Assembly (NCBI RefSeq): GCF_009914755.1
Contig: NC_060927.1
Length of the DNA: 64,000 nucleotides
Reading direction: 5' to 3' (one strand)
Origin: the human T2T-CHM13v2.0 reference genome, Homo sapiens
The notes beneath the pieces were generated by a model, which was not told the DNA's origin, made no database searches, and worked only from the letters and a program-made list of their open reading frames with translations. Made by a program: the position numbers and the translations under genes. Below, in pieces: positions 43,064-57,352 of this stretch (position 1 is the first letter of the stretch; the number at the start of each line of letters is the position of its first letter).

Positions 43064-43731
43064 AACTGTATGGTAGAAATATTATGTAATGTTTTGCTCC
43101 TGCATATCTCTTCTCAACTCTGTATACGGTAGTATTATATTGATAGCTTGAAAACTAGCCTTCCTGGAGTAGTTACCTTACAGAAATGGTTAAATATTAC
43201 AAATCAGGATTTCCTTGTTGTTTTGTTGTTTTTCTGGGCTTATAAAAGTAATTAAAAAACTGTTAAAATGTGGAATAAAGCTAAAAATATGTTGCATCTG
43301 TAGCCATTATATTATAAATAATGCAAAGATATTGAATTTTTTTTCACTTTTTAAAACCCATTATGTGATTCAGCAAAGTAACATGACATTACAAATGAGT
43401 ATGGTTCTGATATAAGTTGATCTCTATAGTTTCATTTTTGTTTAACGTGTTAATATAAATAAAAATATCAAACCAACATACAAAAAGCATTTTGGAACTT
43501 TACTTGCAAACATAGTTGGCTGAAGATACAAGAGTTTAGCAAAATCAACAAACACACCACAAGACTCAATGGAATTTATAATAAATATGTTGTGTATTTT
43601 ATTATTATTTATAAATTGTATGGTATTCCCTCTTCATATGAATAAAATTAATAACATACACATTATATATAAGTATACATACACATATATTTCTATATAT
43701 ATTTTGGAGGTGGTTATTAGATACTTACCAC

Positions 43732-45254
43732 TGTATTAGTCAGGTTTCTCTAGAGGGACAGAACTATGGAATAGATATATATAAATTGCAACATTAAATG
43801 CAGAGTCTCTAGTTAGTGGGCCAAAATCAATAAATTCAGCCTGATCCAACTCTATGTTCTATCCAGGATTATCCCACACTCTTAATATCCATTCCCATGC
43901 CTGTTCTCCAGATTTCTGTTTATCTAAATTAGAAAATTCAGGCAGTTCTTTTCAAGTGTATTGCACCTCCTCGTGGTTCACACTCTCAACCTCACTTCTA
44001 GGGGCCGGCCGGAACTTCAGTCTTGTTAAAGGTCTAGAAGCAAACAGAGGTGTTGGGGTGGCTCCTGAGGAGAATCAACATTATCTTGCCTGGCAACCGC
44101 CTCAGAGGAGACCATCACTGTTGCCTCAGGCAGCACAGGGTGTATGTATCTCTTCAGACAGAGGTGGAAAGGCTGATGGCAGCAGGGGTCTGGGGCGGGG
44201 GGATGTTGCCACTACTGGAGATGAGAAAGCTGTTTTTTCTGGCATAAAAGATACATCAGAGTTTACAAACTCAGTGTCCCCATTTTCATCAGGGTCCTCC
44301 CACATGTCCTCATTCTAAGTTGCAGGGTCCCATTCTTTTCTAATCAATGCCCACATTTTAACAGTAGACACCTGGTGAGGCTGTGCATGCACTTTTTGTT
44401 GCAGGTCAGTCACTCGCATGATAAATCTTGTGTCTGTTTTTCCCCAATTTTAACTCTTTCTCTACAGGAGATAACACTCTCACTCAGGGCACTCTTAAGC
44501 AGATTTGAGGCTCAGTATCCCCTTCTGAAGCTGGGAGACAGAATCTCTGAGTTCATTATTTTCTTTCATCACGTTGTCCTCTGAATTTAGGAGTAACCTC
44601 CCAGCTTAATTATGTTCCTTGGTTCTCCACATATGGTCAAAGGTATTATGTATAGAGTCAAAAAACTTCTTCCCTCTCATGAGTGACGAATCAGAAGTGT
44701 CAAACGCATTTATTTTGTAACATTCTAAACAGTTCACACCAAGGATTATCAGTGTCCTCCATACTATTAGAAGTAGAGTTCTTGGCATTTTTTGTCTAAT
44801 TATATTAAGCAGCCAACTCCAGAAACCCCTTTTTATATATATATATGTAAATATATATATATAAAGTTTATTTAGTATTAACTCACATGATCACTAGGTC
44901 CCACAATAGGCATCTGCAGGCTGAGGAGCAAGGAGAGCCAGTCCAAGTTCCAAAACTGAAGAACTTGGAGTGCAATGTTCAAGGGCAGGAAGCATCCAGC
45001 ACTGAAGAAAGATGTAGGCTGGGAGGCTAGGCCAGTCTCTCTTTACACATTTTTCTGCCTGCTTATATTCTAGCCATACTGGCAGCTGATTAGAATGTGC
45101 CCACCCAGATTAAGGGTGGGTCTGCCTTTCCCAGCCAATGGACTCAAACGTTAATTTCCATTGGCAACACCCTCACAGACCCACCCAAGATCAATACTTT
45201 GTATCCTTGTATCCTTCAATCCAATCCAGTTGACACTCAGTATTAACCATCACA
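43732..45254 (-). mobile_element. MLT2A1-type HERV-L LTR in two pieces (43732-43785 and ~44830-45254)
   Basis: Termini TGTATTAGTCAGGTTTCTCTAGAGGGACAGAAC / CAGTATTAACCATCACA; GGCTGAGGAGCAAGGAGAGCCAGTCC; internal (TA)n. Confidence 0.9.
43787..44829 (-). mobile_element. HERV-L internal gag fragment (degenerate)
   Basis: Reverse complement begins GGGGTTTCTGGAGTTGGCTGCTTAATAT (GFWSWLLN); the ORF track gives KINAFDTSDS..HNTFDHMWRTKEHN; ends near WEWILRVWDN..IELDQAEFIDFGPLTRDSAFNVA. Confidence 0.9.
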
Positions 45255-46129
45255 CCAATATACTGCTAAATGTGTGAGTGATAAAAGTTGGTCCAAGGAG
45301 TGATACTGGGAATGCTTGTCATTAATGAAGTAAAATAATTAGGACAAATGATGGCCTTAATCCTCAGATTTTTCAATGGAAGTTTGAAATTCTCTTCTGG
45401 CGTAGTGAACCTATTATTTAATTTGCAACTCTGAAAGCTTTGCAGGAGCTGCTCTCTTCAACCCTGTGAATCTTTGTGTTGCATTTGTGGTCTGCACTCT
45501 GAGGCTTTCTCTATCAGCAGTCTGGGTGGTTACTGCAACTCACTACTGTTTGATTACATGGCAAGAAACAGCAATTTTATGTGGAGCCTGTTGTGATTAA
45601 GATGTTCTATATTAAAATGAAAATAAATAATAAAAAGTACTGATTATATATTTCTGAGAGGCAGAATTGTATTGGCATGATAAAGTTTCCCTTTTGAAGG
45701 GTGAATGTTCTCAAGAAGCCTGGGGTCTCTGGTGGTAAATATGGGGCATGCTCCATGAGAATGTAATGCTTGCTAAGCAATAACTCTCATAATTCATTCT
45801 GGGAGCATTTTCATGATTGGAGCAAAAACTGTAGAACCAAGGTCACATAAAAATGATTAGTCTCTTATTTGCATGTCTGGAATATCATTAGAAGGCACAT
45901 CTCATATCTCCTAAACTTCTCTCTTTGCCACTATAAAGAACCTTTCAGTATTGAAGGCAGCTTCTCGCTGTATTTACTCAAAACCTTCAGAAAAGAAATT
46001 CTTCCCCACTAAACTGATCTCTTCCCAACCACTTACTGCTCTTTAGAATTGCTGTCTAAAGAAAGAAGTCATAAAATATAGGCTCAATCAAAAACAATAA
46101 CCTTAAGCCAAACTGCCCATATTAAAATA

Positions 46130-46994
<865 letters not shown>

Positions 46995-46996
46995 TA

Positions 46997-47160
46997 CTAA
47001 TTCTGTCACTTAGTAGTTTTGTGAATAGCCATGTAACTTTCTCATCTTTAAACAAGGATAATAATATTAGCATATCACAAGGATTTGTTGTAATGACTAA
47101 TTAAAAATAGCTGAGACAGAGCTTGCTATAGCGTAAGTACTCAGACGTATTAGCTATTAT
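46997..47160 (+). mobile_element. MIR fragment
   Basis: TTTCTCATCTTTAAACAAGGATAATAATA..GTAAGTACTCAGACGTATTAGCTATTAT. Confidence 0.7.
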
Positions 47161-48153
47161 GCTCTCATCTCTTTCTCTTTTTCTTCTGAATGGGCAACAC
47201 ATCCTGACAAGGTTGGACTCTCCTCCAGGAGATGAGGTCAAAGCAAGCTTTAAAGAGAGGGAGTAATATTAGAAACCTTTATATGATGTTATTATTAATA
47301 TCTCCACAAAAAGTTCCTAGGAGCCCATGCAGAAAAAAAATATATATATATGATAAATATCAAAGTGAAAGACTTCCAGAAAGAAAGTCTCCTCTTCAGT
47401 GACATTTATGTTCTGGGATTACTCACTGTTTAGAGAAATATTATTGTAAAACTGTATCAATCATGTGCATGTCAAATACCTCATTTTTTTGTTAAAATTG
47501 ACATCACTTTCCAAACCATTACAATGAATTGTAAGAAATGCAGAATTATTAATCCTTTGGCTCAAGTGGTATATGAGTACTATATACCTCCCCACTTCCA
47601 TGTTAAATATAGCCTAATTGCTGACTGCAAGAGGACCTCTCACATAGCTTATATACGCTAATTAAAACACAAAATAATGTTTCACACTTGCATAGGTCTC
47701 TCCACAGGGGTTAATATATTTGTGTTGAAAATCAGGCATTTCCACATTCAATTTTTCAGTAGTATACTAACACCTTGGGCAAGAAAATTTTTAATTCTTG
47801 TTTACAATTTGCACAAATAAAATTGATGGCTCATTAACAACTCTACAGAAATACTGCAAAACACACACATGCATGAGAAAAACAACTAGATATGACAGGA
47901 AGAATAAAGTCTGTGTCAATCATTTCCAATCCTCTATTGCATTGCAAGTGAGATGTTTGAAAACACTTTGGGTAATACATTAGCATAAATAAAAAATAAT
48001 CACATAAATTATGCTTTCTAATGGCATTCATAATTTCCAAAGTCATATAATAAACAGATGCTTTTTTCTTGTGCTCTACTTAGACATTTATTTTCTCTTA
48101 AAATATACTTGTTCAAATGCCAATGCCAATTTGAAGATATGATACTTGATTAC

Positions 48154-48620
48154 TGTGGGAGTTCAGTCAGGATGGTGGGAGAAATTGTAAAATTATAGGA
48201 AATAAACACAAACCCTCTTGGAAGGCCTGGAGGTTTGCATAAAAATGTTTGGCTGAAGGCAGCTGAATCCACTTAATAACTTAGGGCTCAAATACAAAGG
48301 AATGTAGAGTAGTTTATCTATATAGCTTGTTTACTCACGTGGTCCTAAGACCAACTTTGATCAACCATAGATGCATAATTGCTCTCTACTTGGGTGGGGG
48401 GTTAGCAACCAGGTTAATTACCCACAGATGTGTTGACTGAAAGCTTTTGTCAATTAAATATATACTAAATAAATGCAAACATTGCCAGCTTAGAGGGGCG
48501 GCAAACTCTCTTCGGTCCCTAATGCCCACAGCCCTCTGGCCTGCTCTTTTGCTGAATATCGGTGTTGGAGTACACATCTCATCTGTCATGCAGCTGGGGT
48601 CTGCAGGACAGACCCCCACA
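48154..48620 (+). mobile_element. LTR22-family (HERV-K HML-5) solo LTR
   Basis: TGTGGGAGTTCAGTCAGGATGGTGGGAG...GGGGTCTGCAGGACAGACCCCCACA; 6-bp TSD GATTA(C/T); AATAAA at ~48468. Confidence 0.88.
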
Positions 48621-48971
48621 GATTATGACTTTAGAATATTAGATTCATGTGATGAAATGTAATAATAAATAAGTACATACTTTTCTTTACAGATATTTGG
48701 GAAGTAAGCTTTACCATTTGGATAAGACTATCTTGACAGAGCCTAAAAATATGTCACAATACAGTTTTGAGAAACTTGTTTTTGAAAAGAATGACATAGG
48801 TAGATCATTATTATATGTCAATATCTGGAATTTAACTTGAAAGATATTAAGTAGCTATAGCTGGAATCCTGTACACCATTTTATGTGTGAGCAAATTTTT
48901 TCCTGCTTAACAGAATTTTCAGTTACCAAGTAGAGTATGTTATGATAACAGACCTTAGAAGTTGAGAAGGT

Positions 48972-49357
<386 letters not shown>

Positions 49358-49499
49358 TTAACTCTTTATGTCATGGCAACATTTTTAAGTGCTAAAATTC
49401 AGTGATAGCAAGTAAAATGTTGTTAAAATAAAGAAGAAAAATAGACTGTTTCTTATTGTTTGCTTATTTGAACATGAAATTGTGACTTAGTCTTCAGCC

Positions 49500-50277
49500 T
49501 GAGGACTAAGCTCTGATTTTTTATTTTGCCAAATTCCTATTTAAGGGATCTGGGGAGTCATGCCCTACAAACCATATATTCTCATCAGATGGGTTTTATT
49601 TAACCCTATATATTATTACTTACTTTCCAACTTGACTCTGGCATAACATTACAAGACAAGGAAGAAAATCAAAATATTTTACCCCAAAACATGTTTCTTT
49701 GCCATATCTTGAAAAGGCCCTCCAAAGCTGTCCTTTGTGGGGGAAAATTTGCATCTGTAAAGAATTTCTATTAACATAGCTAGATCTTTTTCTTCCAGGC
49801 CCTCCCCAATCCTAAAGAGATTAACTAAAAGTCTAGCAACTTTTGAAGAGCTGAGTAAGAAACAATTGTCATCTATTGTCTCAAGGGGCAGCTACTGTAA
49901 GACTTCAAAAGAACCTTGGTCTCCACAGTCTTTTATCTTAGCCTGAACATTTCCTTTCTGTTGATCCCAGATCTTTAGACAAACTCAACTAATTTTCAAC
50001 CAGAAAATGTTTAAATATACCTATAGCCTGGAAGCCCCCTCCCCACAGCAACCACCCTGCTTTGAGTTTCCCCACCTTTCTGGACCAAACCAATGTATTT
50101 CTTATATGTATTTGATTGACGTTTCATGAAATGTATAAAACCAAGCTGCACCCGGACCACATTGGGCAAATGTTCTCAGGGCCTCCTGCGGGCTGTGTCA
50201 TGGGGCATGGTCACTCATATTTGGCTCAGAATAAGTTTTTTTCAAATATTTTAGAGTTTGACTCTTTTTGTTTGACA
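49500..50277 (+). mobile_element. MER4-group (MER4E-like) ERV1 solo LTR
   Basis: TGAGGACTAAGCTCTGATTTTTT...GAGTTTGACTCTTTTTGTTTGACA; 4-bp TSD AGC(C/T). Confidence 0.88.
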
Positions 50278-50599
50278 AGCTCATCTGGAATAAAATATAG
50301 AGAGGTTATCTGAAATGTTCTGATATTTACATTTCCATAGGAAATTCCTCTCTGTTCCCATGGCACTTGCTGGATGAAGTATAGATAGAAATTATAACTT
50401 GCAAGGGTTTTTGTTGGTTTGCCCCCTCCCTCATCCTCCCAACACCTCCCTTCCACAAACCCACACTTCAACCATGCAACAGAAACCATAACTTGCCCAA
50501 GTGACATCCACTGGGCTATTGTCTCTTCCTTTTTGGGGGCCACTTACACTGCCTAAACATCTACTACCCCAGCAAACCGAACTTCAGTCTAAAGTGAGC

Positions 50600-52200
50600 T
50601 TTACCTTTCCTACTCATCTAATTTACTCCAAGCCATCATTCCAGACTCAGCTCAGGTATTACAGCCTCCAAGAAGCAGTTTCATGGACCACAGCCTTCTC
50701 TAACAGGAAGTAAATCATCCTCAATGCTTTTCTACCTTCTGATTTATCATTAATCACTACATATTGTAGTTGTCTGTTTAGTCATCTATTTCTCCCATGA
50801 GGTGGAAGTCTGTGAGGAGATTATGTTTTACATCTTTATATTCCCCTTATAACCCATAAATATGAAAATGGCACATAACTTCTATATTCTCCTCTCTCTT
50901 TGACAATTTCATTTACTTCCATGTCTTCAGTGCCCATCTGTTTACTGAAAATTCTCTAACCTAAATATTTCAGCCACCATTGTCTCCTGAATTGTAAACC
51001 CATATAACCCAAATACGCACTGGAAATTTCCACTTGGCTATATCATGGCTCTTCAAAACCAAATCCAAAACGAAACTCATTTTTCTTTCTGAAATCCATA
51101 TAGAATCCTCCTCCAGGGTCTCTGTCTCAGTAAATATCACATCAATCAAGGCAAAAGAGCAAAACGACTAAAAGGCTGGACTCTGAGGGAGCCAGGTATG
51201 CAAGTTCTGTTATGTATACTAACTACAGAGTCCCGGACAATTTGTATGCCTCACACTTCCTACATGTAAAATGAGGATAATAACACCTCTCCCAAATGAT
51301 TTTTGTGAATATTAAATTAATTAGTACATGTAAAAACTTAGAATACTGCATAACGAACTGTATGTGGTCAATAAATACGAGCAATTATTTCAATTTATTC
51401 AGTTCCTCAAGCCAAAAACCTAAATTATCCCTGACTCTTTTCTCTCCCCCATATCCACCTTTCAAATGTAATATATATATAAAACAGGAAAATGTATATT
51501 TATGTTAAATATATAATATATAAATATATATCCACCAAAACTCTTTATAAATCACTTAAATTTTACCACATCTCTCAGTATCCATTTCACCATCCTATTG
51601 AAAAGCTACCATTGTTTATCAGCTAGATTGTTCTTAAAAGCATTCCAACTCACTTTCTTCTGCTCAGTCTGTCTTTCTCTAGTCTATACACTGCACTGCT
51701 GGCAGTGCAATTTTAATGCGTACCTCATCACATGGCAAGGATGGTTACAATCCTTCCATCTTCCCTTTGGTGTTAATATAATTCTAAAATATCTTGCCTC
51801 TTGAGTTCTTCCAAGGCCTAGCATTTGTCTACCTGAACTTTTTTTTCTAGCTGCTGTCCCCCATTCTGCCTCTCCTTCTCCAGCTCAGACTACATGGAAT
51901 TTTTTTTTAATTCTTCTAAAGCACCAGATTCTCATTCACCTCTCTGGCCTCTCAGCCTTTGTCATGTGACACTCCTTTTTCTTGGATACTTCTCAGAACA
52001 CAAAGCTATTCAATTTTCTACAGCAGCTCAGGTCTCTCTTATAACTTATTTATTTAGTGTCTTTAATAATATACAATATTAAAATGCAATATTCATTAAG
52101 CAGATTCAATATTTTTCATTCCCTTTGTCTTGATAGTGACTGTCACAATACCTAATTCATAATGAAAATTCAATTTTAAAAATGAATGAGTTAATGGATG
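50600..52200 (+). mobile_element. L2 fragments (RT-region and 3' pieces), interrupted by a MIR at ~51170-51390
   Basis: TTTCCACTTGGCTATATCATGG..CAAAACGAAACTCAT; TCAAGCCAAAAACCTAAATTATCCCTGACTC; terminal AATGAATGAG; MIR core CTTCCTACATGTAAAATGAGGATAATAACA. Confidence 0.7.
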
Positions 52201-53214
52201 CAAAAAGATCTTTCTAATAGATGACTAACAAATATCTACTTAGTAAGTGAGTAGAATTTTGTTATTTTTCTCAAAATAAAATTTTATTTGGGTAAAAACT
52301 GTGACAGTAATAATGGTTCCCTTCTATACGACATAAACTTAAATATTAGGCATAAAGTAAAATCTTTTAATAATAAAACCATAACTTATGATTAACTACT
52401 TCTCTATATTATTTGGACAATTGAGAACCATGCTCTTTGCATTGAAATCAGGACAAAACCTCTCATCAAAAATTCAAAATTTGTAGATTGACAATCTTCA
52501 TTAAAATTAACATATAGGCCCCACACTTAAAGAACTTTGTCAGAAAGCCTGAGTCCAAATTGATGCTCTGCCATATATCTACCTGTGTAAACTGTTGTAT
52601 GTAAAAATGGATATCATCATATTAATCAACTCATAAATTTGTATTAAAATGAAAGTTTTTGATATATGGAAAGCTTTTATGATGCTCAGTATAAATAGTC
52701 AATGAAATTAGTAACTGTTAATGTTTGTTTTTATCTTACGTATCTTAAGGATTCCTCAGGTCTTTTTTCTCACTTAGCTGGTGCTACATAGTCATTTCTC
52801 TACTTGCATATAGCACTAGATATAAGCGTTAAAATGGAGACATCTATTGTTGATGTATATACATGTGACTAGCTATGTGTCATAATCCCCTTTAATTCTA
52901 ATATATTCCAGTCTAGTGAGGTTGCTCTCAAAGTAGGTGGCTCACAACCATGTCACTTTCTAGTGGAGGAGCTGAGATGTAACCAGGGTACCTAGTACAA
53001 AGCCCATGCATTTAAGCACTTTATCATGTTATAACTGTAAAAGCTGCTCTATCATTCATTTGTATCAGAGTTAATGCTTGAACATTTGTTGTAGCACATT
53101 TATAGAACACATGCTTCTGACTTTGTTTGTTAGTGTGTTTCCATGTAGTTGAAAATAGATTTGTCGAGAATAGGAAATGATTTTCTTTATTCTATTTTGG
53201 TTTATATCTAGAAG

Positions 53215-53320
53215 TATATGTTACATAGTTATGTATATATATCATATATAATTATATATAATATATAATATAATATAATTATATATGATATATATTATAT
53301 ATATACATATACATACACAT
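53215..53320. repeat. (TA)-rich low-complexity tract
   Basis: Read directly. Confidence 0.85.
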
Positions 53321-54639
53321 AATTTCCCTTATTCTCTATTATTATAAAATAATCTTTAATTTATAGTAAATAATTTCATTCTTTAAAAGCTATGTACACT
53401 TGATTTATAGTTACAGAGAATGAAGTTAAGAATTTCCCTAAGGTAAATATTCAGGGCAAAATAATTTGTATCTATATTACTCATTACATTAAAAAATTTA
53501 TTTTTATTGAGTGATAGATAAAACTATTCTGTTTATAATGTTTATATTTAGTAGTAAATGAAAATAAATATATTACTTATTAACTCTAATATATTTTAAG
53601 ATTCACACTCCAGATCATGATGGTATAAAAAGTGCTTAAAAAGAAGTGTTTTAAGAGCATGAATAAAGAGAAACATAATTCTAACTGGAGTAAAATAATG
53701 TCTCGTGGGGGAAAAGACATTTGTCCTGGTACATTAAGGATGAGAGTTTCAGTGTGTGAGACAGTAATGTCATTTCAGAAAAGGAATCATTGTCATGAAA
53801 GGCAAAGTTTGGAGAAAGTCATGGAAAATTTAGAGTCCATGTCACTGGTATATTGGGAGCAATGTGGTAGGATGGAAACCCTTTGGTAATCAAGCCAAAG
53901 CTACAAGTTGGCATTGAAATTTAGAAGGCTCTGAATATGACGTTAAGAAGTTTTGCAAAAGGTAATAAAACAATTTTTTAGCCAGACATTAACACTATTA
54001 CATTTGCGCTTCAGCAATTAATCCATGACCATGTTATGTAAGATTATGAGACAAACGGAGGGCAGTGGATAACATTTTTAATAAACTTAAAAATATCTAC
54101 AGCGATCTATTGAAGTGAAAATGAAGAAAAAATATTTAAGGGAGCCTTTTTTTTTCAGGAGGAGTACTTATGGGTTTTTGCTAATTATGTTATATGAGGT
54201 TCGATGATGTGGTAAAATTGAAAATTGTTACCAAAATTTCATTTTTGGTTTATTGGAAGTACACTGATATCATTAGGTGGGAGAGGTAACAGAGATGAAG
54301 AAGCAGATTATAGAAAAAAAGATAAATTTCTTAGGGATGAAATTGAGCTCTGAAAAGAGACAGAACTTTGGTGCCATTCTTGAACAGTTTATAGCTCATA
54401 TGATGGAAGTGAATAAAATAGTCGCAAGAAGGATGAGAGTGAAATGATAAAAGGATCTTACTTTAAATTCTAGAAGCACAGATATTTAAGGAATTTTAGT
54501 TAGCTATTAGAGAAAAAGCTTAGTCACTGAAGAAGGCTACAAATGGTAAAAGATACTGACCAGATTAAAAGAAGAATTGGGAAACAAACAGAAATAATTT
54601 CAAGGGGGAGAAATTTTATGGCCAAATGTTACAGACACT

Positions 54640-55040
54640 TGTGTTAGTCCATTCTTACATTGCTGTAAAGAAATATCTGAGAATGAGTAATTTATAAAGA
54701 AAAGAGCTTTAATGGACTCACGATTTTGCAGGCTGTACAGGAGGCATACTGCTGGCATCTGCTTCTGGGGAGGCTTCAGGAAAGTTACAATCATGGTGGA
54801 CAGTGAAGGGTGAGCAGGCAAGTCTTACACGATGGGAGCAGGAAGAAGAGAGAGAGAGGATGGTGCCACAAACTTTTAAACAGCCAGATCTCATGAGAAA
54901 TTGTCACTATCACAAGGATAGCACCAAGAGTATGAAATCCACCCCCATGATCCAATCGCTTCCCACCAAGCTCCACCTATAATACTGGAGATTACAGTTC
55001 AACAAGAGATTTGGACAGGGACACAATTGAAACTATATTA
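54640..55040 (-). mobile_element. MST (MSTA-like) MaLR solo LTR
   Basis: TGTGTTAGTCCATTCTTACATTGCTG..GCAGGCTGTACAGGAGGCAT..GGCATCTGCTTCTGGGGAGG..CCCCCATGATCCAATC..AAACTATATTA. Confidence 0.9.
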
Positions 55041-55075
55041 ATAGTGTTCTTTGAAATGTTAAAAAACAATCTAGT

Positions 55076-57352
55076 TCTATTAGTCTGTTCTCAAACTGCT
55101 ATAAAGAACTGCCCAACTGGGTAATTTATAGAGGAAAGAGGTTTAATTGGCTCTGTTCTGCATGGATGGGGAGGCCTCTGGAAACTTACACTCATGGTGG
55201 AAGGGGAAGCAAACACATCCTTCTTCAAATGGGGGCATGAGAGAGAAGTGCTGAGCAAAAGGGTAAAAGCTGCTCCCTATAAAACCATCAGATCTCATTA
55301 GAACTACTCACGATCATGACAACAGCATGGAGGTAATTACCCTCATGATTTAATTATCTCCCACCAGGTCCCTCCCATGACACATGGGGATTATGGGAAC
55401 TACTATTCAAGATGATATTTGGGTGGGGACACAGCCAAAGCATACCATTCCACCCATGGGCCCTCCCAAATCTCATGTTCTCCCATTTCAAAACACAATC
55501 ATGCCTTTCCACCAGTCCCCCAAATTGACAGCTCATTCCAACACTAACACAAAAGTCCAAGTCCAAAATCTCATCTGAGACCAAAAAAGTCTATTCACTG
55601 ATGAGCCTGTAAAATCAAAAGCAAGTGAGTTCCACCCTGGATACAATGGGGGTATAGGCATTGAGTAAACACAGCAGTTTCAAATGGGAGAAATTGGCCC
55701 AAAATAAAGGGGCTACAGGGCCTATGCAAGTCCAATAGGATAGCCATTAAATCTTAAAGTTTCAAAATGATATCCTTTGACTCCATGCCTCACATCCAGG
55801 TCACACTGATGCAAGAAGTGGGCTCCCATGAATTTGGGCAGCTCTGCCCCTGTGGCTTTTCAGGGTATAGCCACCCTCCCAGCTGCTTTCACGGCTGGTG
55901 TTGTCTGTGGCTTTTTTCCAGGCACAAGGTACAAGCTATTGGTAAATCTACCATTGTGGGGTCTGGAGGAAGCTGGCCATCTTCTCACAGCTCTGCTAGG
56001 CAGTGCTCCACTGGGGACACTGTGTGGGGGCTCCTAATCCACATTTCCTTTCCACATTGTTCTAGCAGAGGGTCTTCACATGGGCTGTGCCCCTGCAGCA
56101 GAACTCTGCCTGGATATCCAGGCATTTCTATACATCCTCTGAAATCTAGGCAGGAGTTTCCAAACCTCAGTTCTTGACTTCTCTTTACCCACAGACTCAA
56201 TACTATGGAAAGTTGCCGAGGCTTGGGGCTTGCACCCTTTGAAGCATGGCCAGAGCTGTACCTTGGCCCCTTTTAGCCACTGCTAGAGTAGTTGGGACAT
56301 AGGGCATCAAGTCCTGAAGCTGCACACAGCAGGGGAATCCTGGACCCAGCCTAGGAAACCATTTTTCCCTCCTAGACCTCTAGGCTTATAATAGAAGAGG
56401 CTGCCATGAAGGTCTCTGACATGCCCTAGAGACATTTTCATCATTGTCTTGGTAATTAACATTTAGCTACTCGTTACATATGCAAATTTCTGCAGCGGGC
56501 TTGAATTACTTCCCAGAAAATGGTTTTTTCTTCCCAGAAAATGGGTTTTTCTTTTCTATCACATCATCAGGCTGCAAATTTTCCAAACTTCTATGCTCTG
56601 CTTCCTCTTGAATACTTTGCCACTTAGAAATTTCTTTCAATAGATACCCTAAATCATCTCTCTCAAATTCAAAGTATCACAGATTTTTAGGGCAGGGGCA
56701 AAATGCCACCAGTCTCTTTGCAAAGCAAGAATAACCTTTACTCCAGTTTCCAACAAGTTTCTCATCTCTGTCTGAGAACACCTTAGCCTGGACTTCATTG
56801 CCCTTATCACTATCAGCATGTTGGTCAAAGCCATTCAACAGGTCTCTAGGAAGTTCCAAACTTTCCCACATCTTTCTGTCTTCTAAACCCTCCAAGTCTC
56901 TTGAAAGTTCCAATGTTCCTATATTTTCCATCCTCATCTGAGCCCTCCAAACTGCTCCAACCTCTGCCTGTTACCCAGTTCCAAAGTTGTTTCCACATTT
57001 CAGGTGGAAAATGTTATAGCAGTACCCCACTCCCAGCACTAATTTAGTATATTAGTCCATTTTCATGCTGCTATAAAGAACTACTTGGGACTGGGGAGGA
57101 TTCAGAAAACTTGCAACCATGGAAGAAAGAGAAACAAACACATCCTTCTTCACATGACAGGAGGAGAGAAAAGTGCCAACCAAAGGGGGGAAAGCCCCTT
57201 ATAAAACCATCAAATCTCATGAGAACTCACTCACTGTCATGAGAACAGAATGGGTTCAATTACCTCCCACCAGGTCCCTACCATGACCCATGGTTATTAC
57301 GGGAACTACAGTTCAAGATGAGATTTGAGTGGGGCACAGCCAAACCATATCA
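55076..57352 (-). mobile_element. Full-length THE1 (THE1C/D-like) MaLR element: LTR 55076-55447, internal 55448-57047, LTR 57048-57352
   Basis: Two LTRs ending CAAAGCATACCA and CAAACCATATCA; ~1.6-kb THE1-int (ORF remnant LELSRDLEGLEDRKMWESLELPRDLLNGFDQ); 5-bp TSD (C/T)TAGT. Confidence 0.93.

Noticed and set aside
43854-44318. 154-aa plus-strand ORF
   Set aside because: Antisense to degenerate HERV-L gag; no sign of an independent gene.
55767-56937. Several ORFs in the THE1 internal region
   Set aside because: Frameshifted MaLR internal ORF remnants and their antisense frames.
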